From positions 244,893 to 308,892 of the forward strand of contig OZ242009.1 in NCBI GenBank assembly GCA_965204715.1: a DNA stretch of 64,000 nucleotides, written 5' to 3'. Position 1 is the first letter of the stretch. Each line of letters opens with the position of its first letter. The notes under the pieces were generated by a model, which saw only the letters and a program-made list of their open reading frames with translations, had not been told where the DNA came from and ran no database searches. Both the position numbers and the translations under genes were made by a program. The stretch comes from Dehalococcoidia bacterium. GTDB lineage: Bacteria; Chloroflexota; Dehalococcoidia; Lucifugimonadales; UBA3495. Shown piece after piece: positions 63,895 to 64,000 of this stretch.

Positions 63895-64000
63895 TCAGCT
63901 GCTCCTCGACTCGATAGCCGCCATGCGAGCCAGCAGGTTCTCGGCCCGCTTGAACACGGGAACGTCGATCATCCTGCCGTCCAGGTCAGCCGAGCCGCGC
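63895..64000 (-). CDS. C-terminal fragment of a possible HpcH/CitE-like aldolase/lyase (gene starts beyond right edge)
   Basis: Reverse-strand frame reads ..RGSADLDGRMIDVPVFKRAENLLARMAAIESRSS-stop(63895-63897). The resemblance to CitE-type C-termini is weak. Confidence 0.3.
   Translation of the reverse strand, partial: RGSADLDGRMIDVPVFKRAENLLARMAAIESRSS

Overview
High-GC bacterial chromosomal segment. Sampled lines run about 60-72% GC, with local drops to about 47-53%. It is densely coded and mostly housekeeping or metabolic: tsaD, ilvB behind a T-box leader, a fumC-like gene, glnS, gltX, rluD, lspA, ltaE, rarA, folP-folK, groL, queG, uvrC, argH, rpe, rpmB and folB, plus several LLM, TPP, GMC and ALDH oxidoreductases. 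The T-box, F420/LLM enzymes and the palindromic repeat type hint at Chloroflexota, but only weakly. No rRNA gene, tRNA gene, CRISPR array, transposase or phage integrase was seen. The stand-out is a same-strand island at about 2.8-13.5 kb. Its core is a recognisable TerY-P-type triad: two TerY-like vWA proteins, a PP2C phosphatase and a Ser/Thr kinase. Around that core are parts I cannot place in any family. These are a tail-anchored protein carrying 13 CxxC (DnaJ-CR-like) motifs, two paralogous ~8-TM membrane proteins with Ser-rich tails, a second ~83%-identical kinase ending in zinc ribbons instead of a TM hairpin, and a translationally coupled zinc-ribbon/TM/Pro-Thr-linker/ectodomain protein. 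Kinase 1's C-terminal TM hairpin resembles the N-terminal hairpin of the first membrane paralog. Smaller accessory items are a hicBA pair, three scattered retropepsin-like genes (two sitting next to uncharacterised partner genes), two PaREP1-like genes (one with an in-frame TAG), and a lower-GC m4C-type methyltransferase + PD-ExK nuclease + EVE-domain cassette. Two short repeat families are unexplained by the gene map. One is a 20-nt palindrome, ATTCCCGC-GAAA/TTTC-GCGGGAAT, found in an intergenic spacer and in frame inside folK, queG and the lspA 3' end. The other is a 25-nt direct repeat, present three times between phhB and a TIM-barrel gene and once inside the ilvB T-box leader. All functional calls come from motif recognition by eye and no database search was run.
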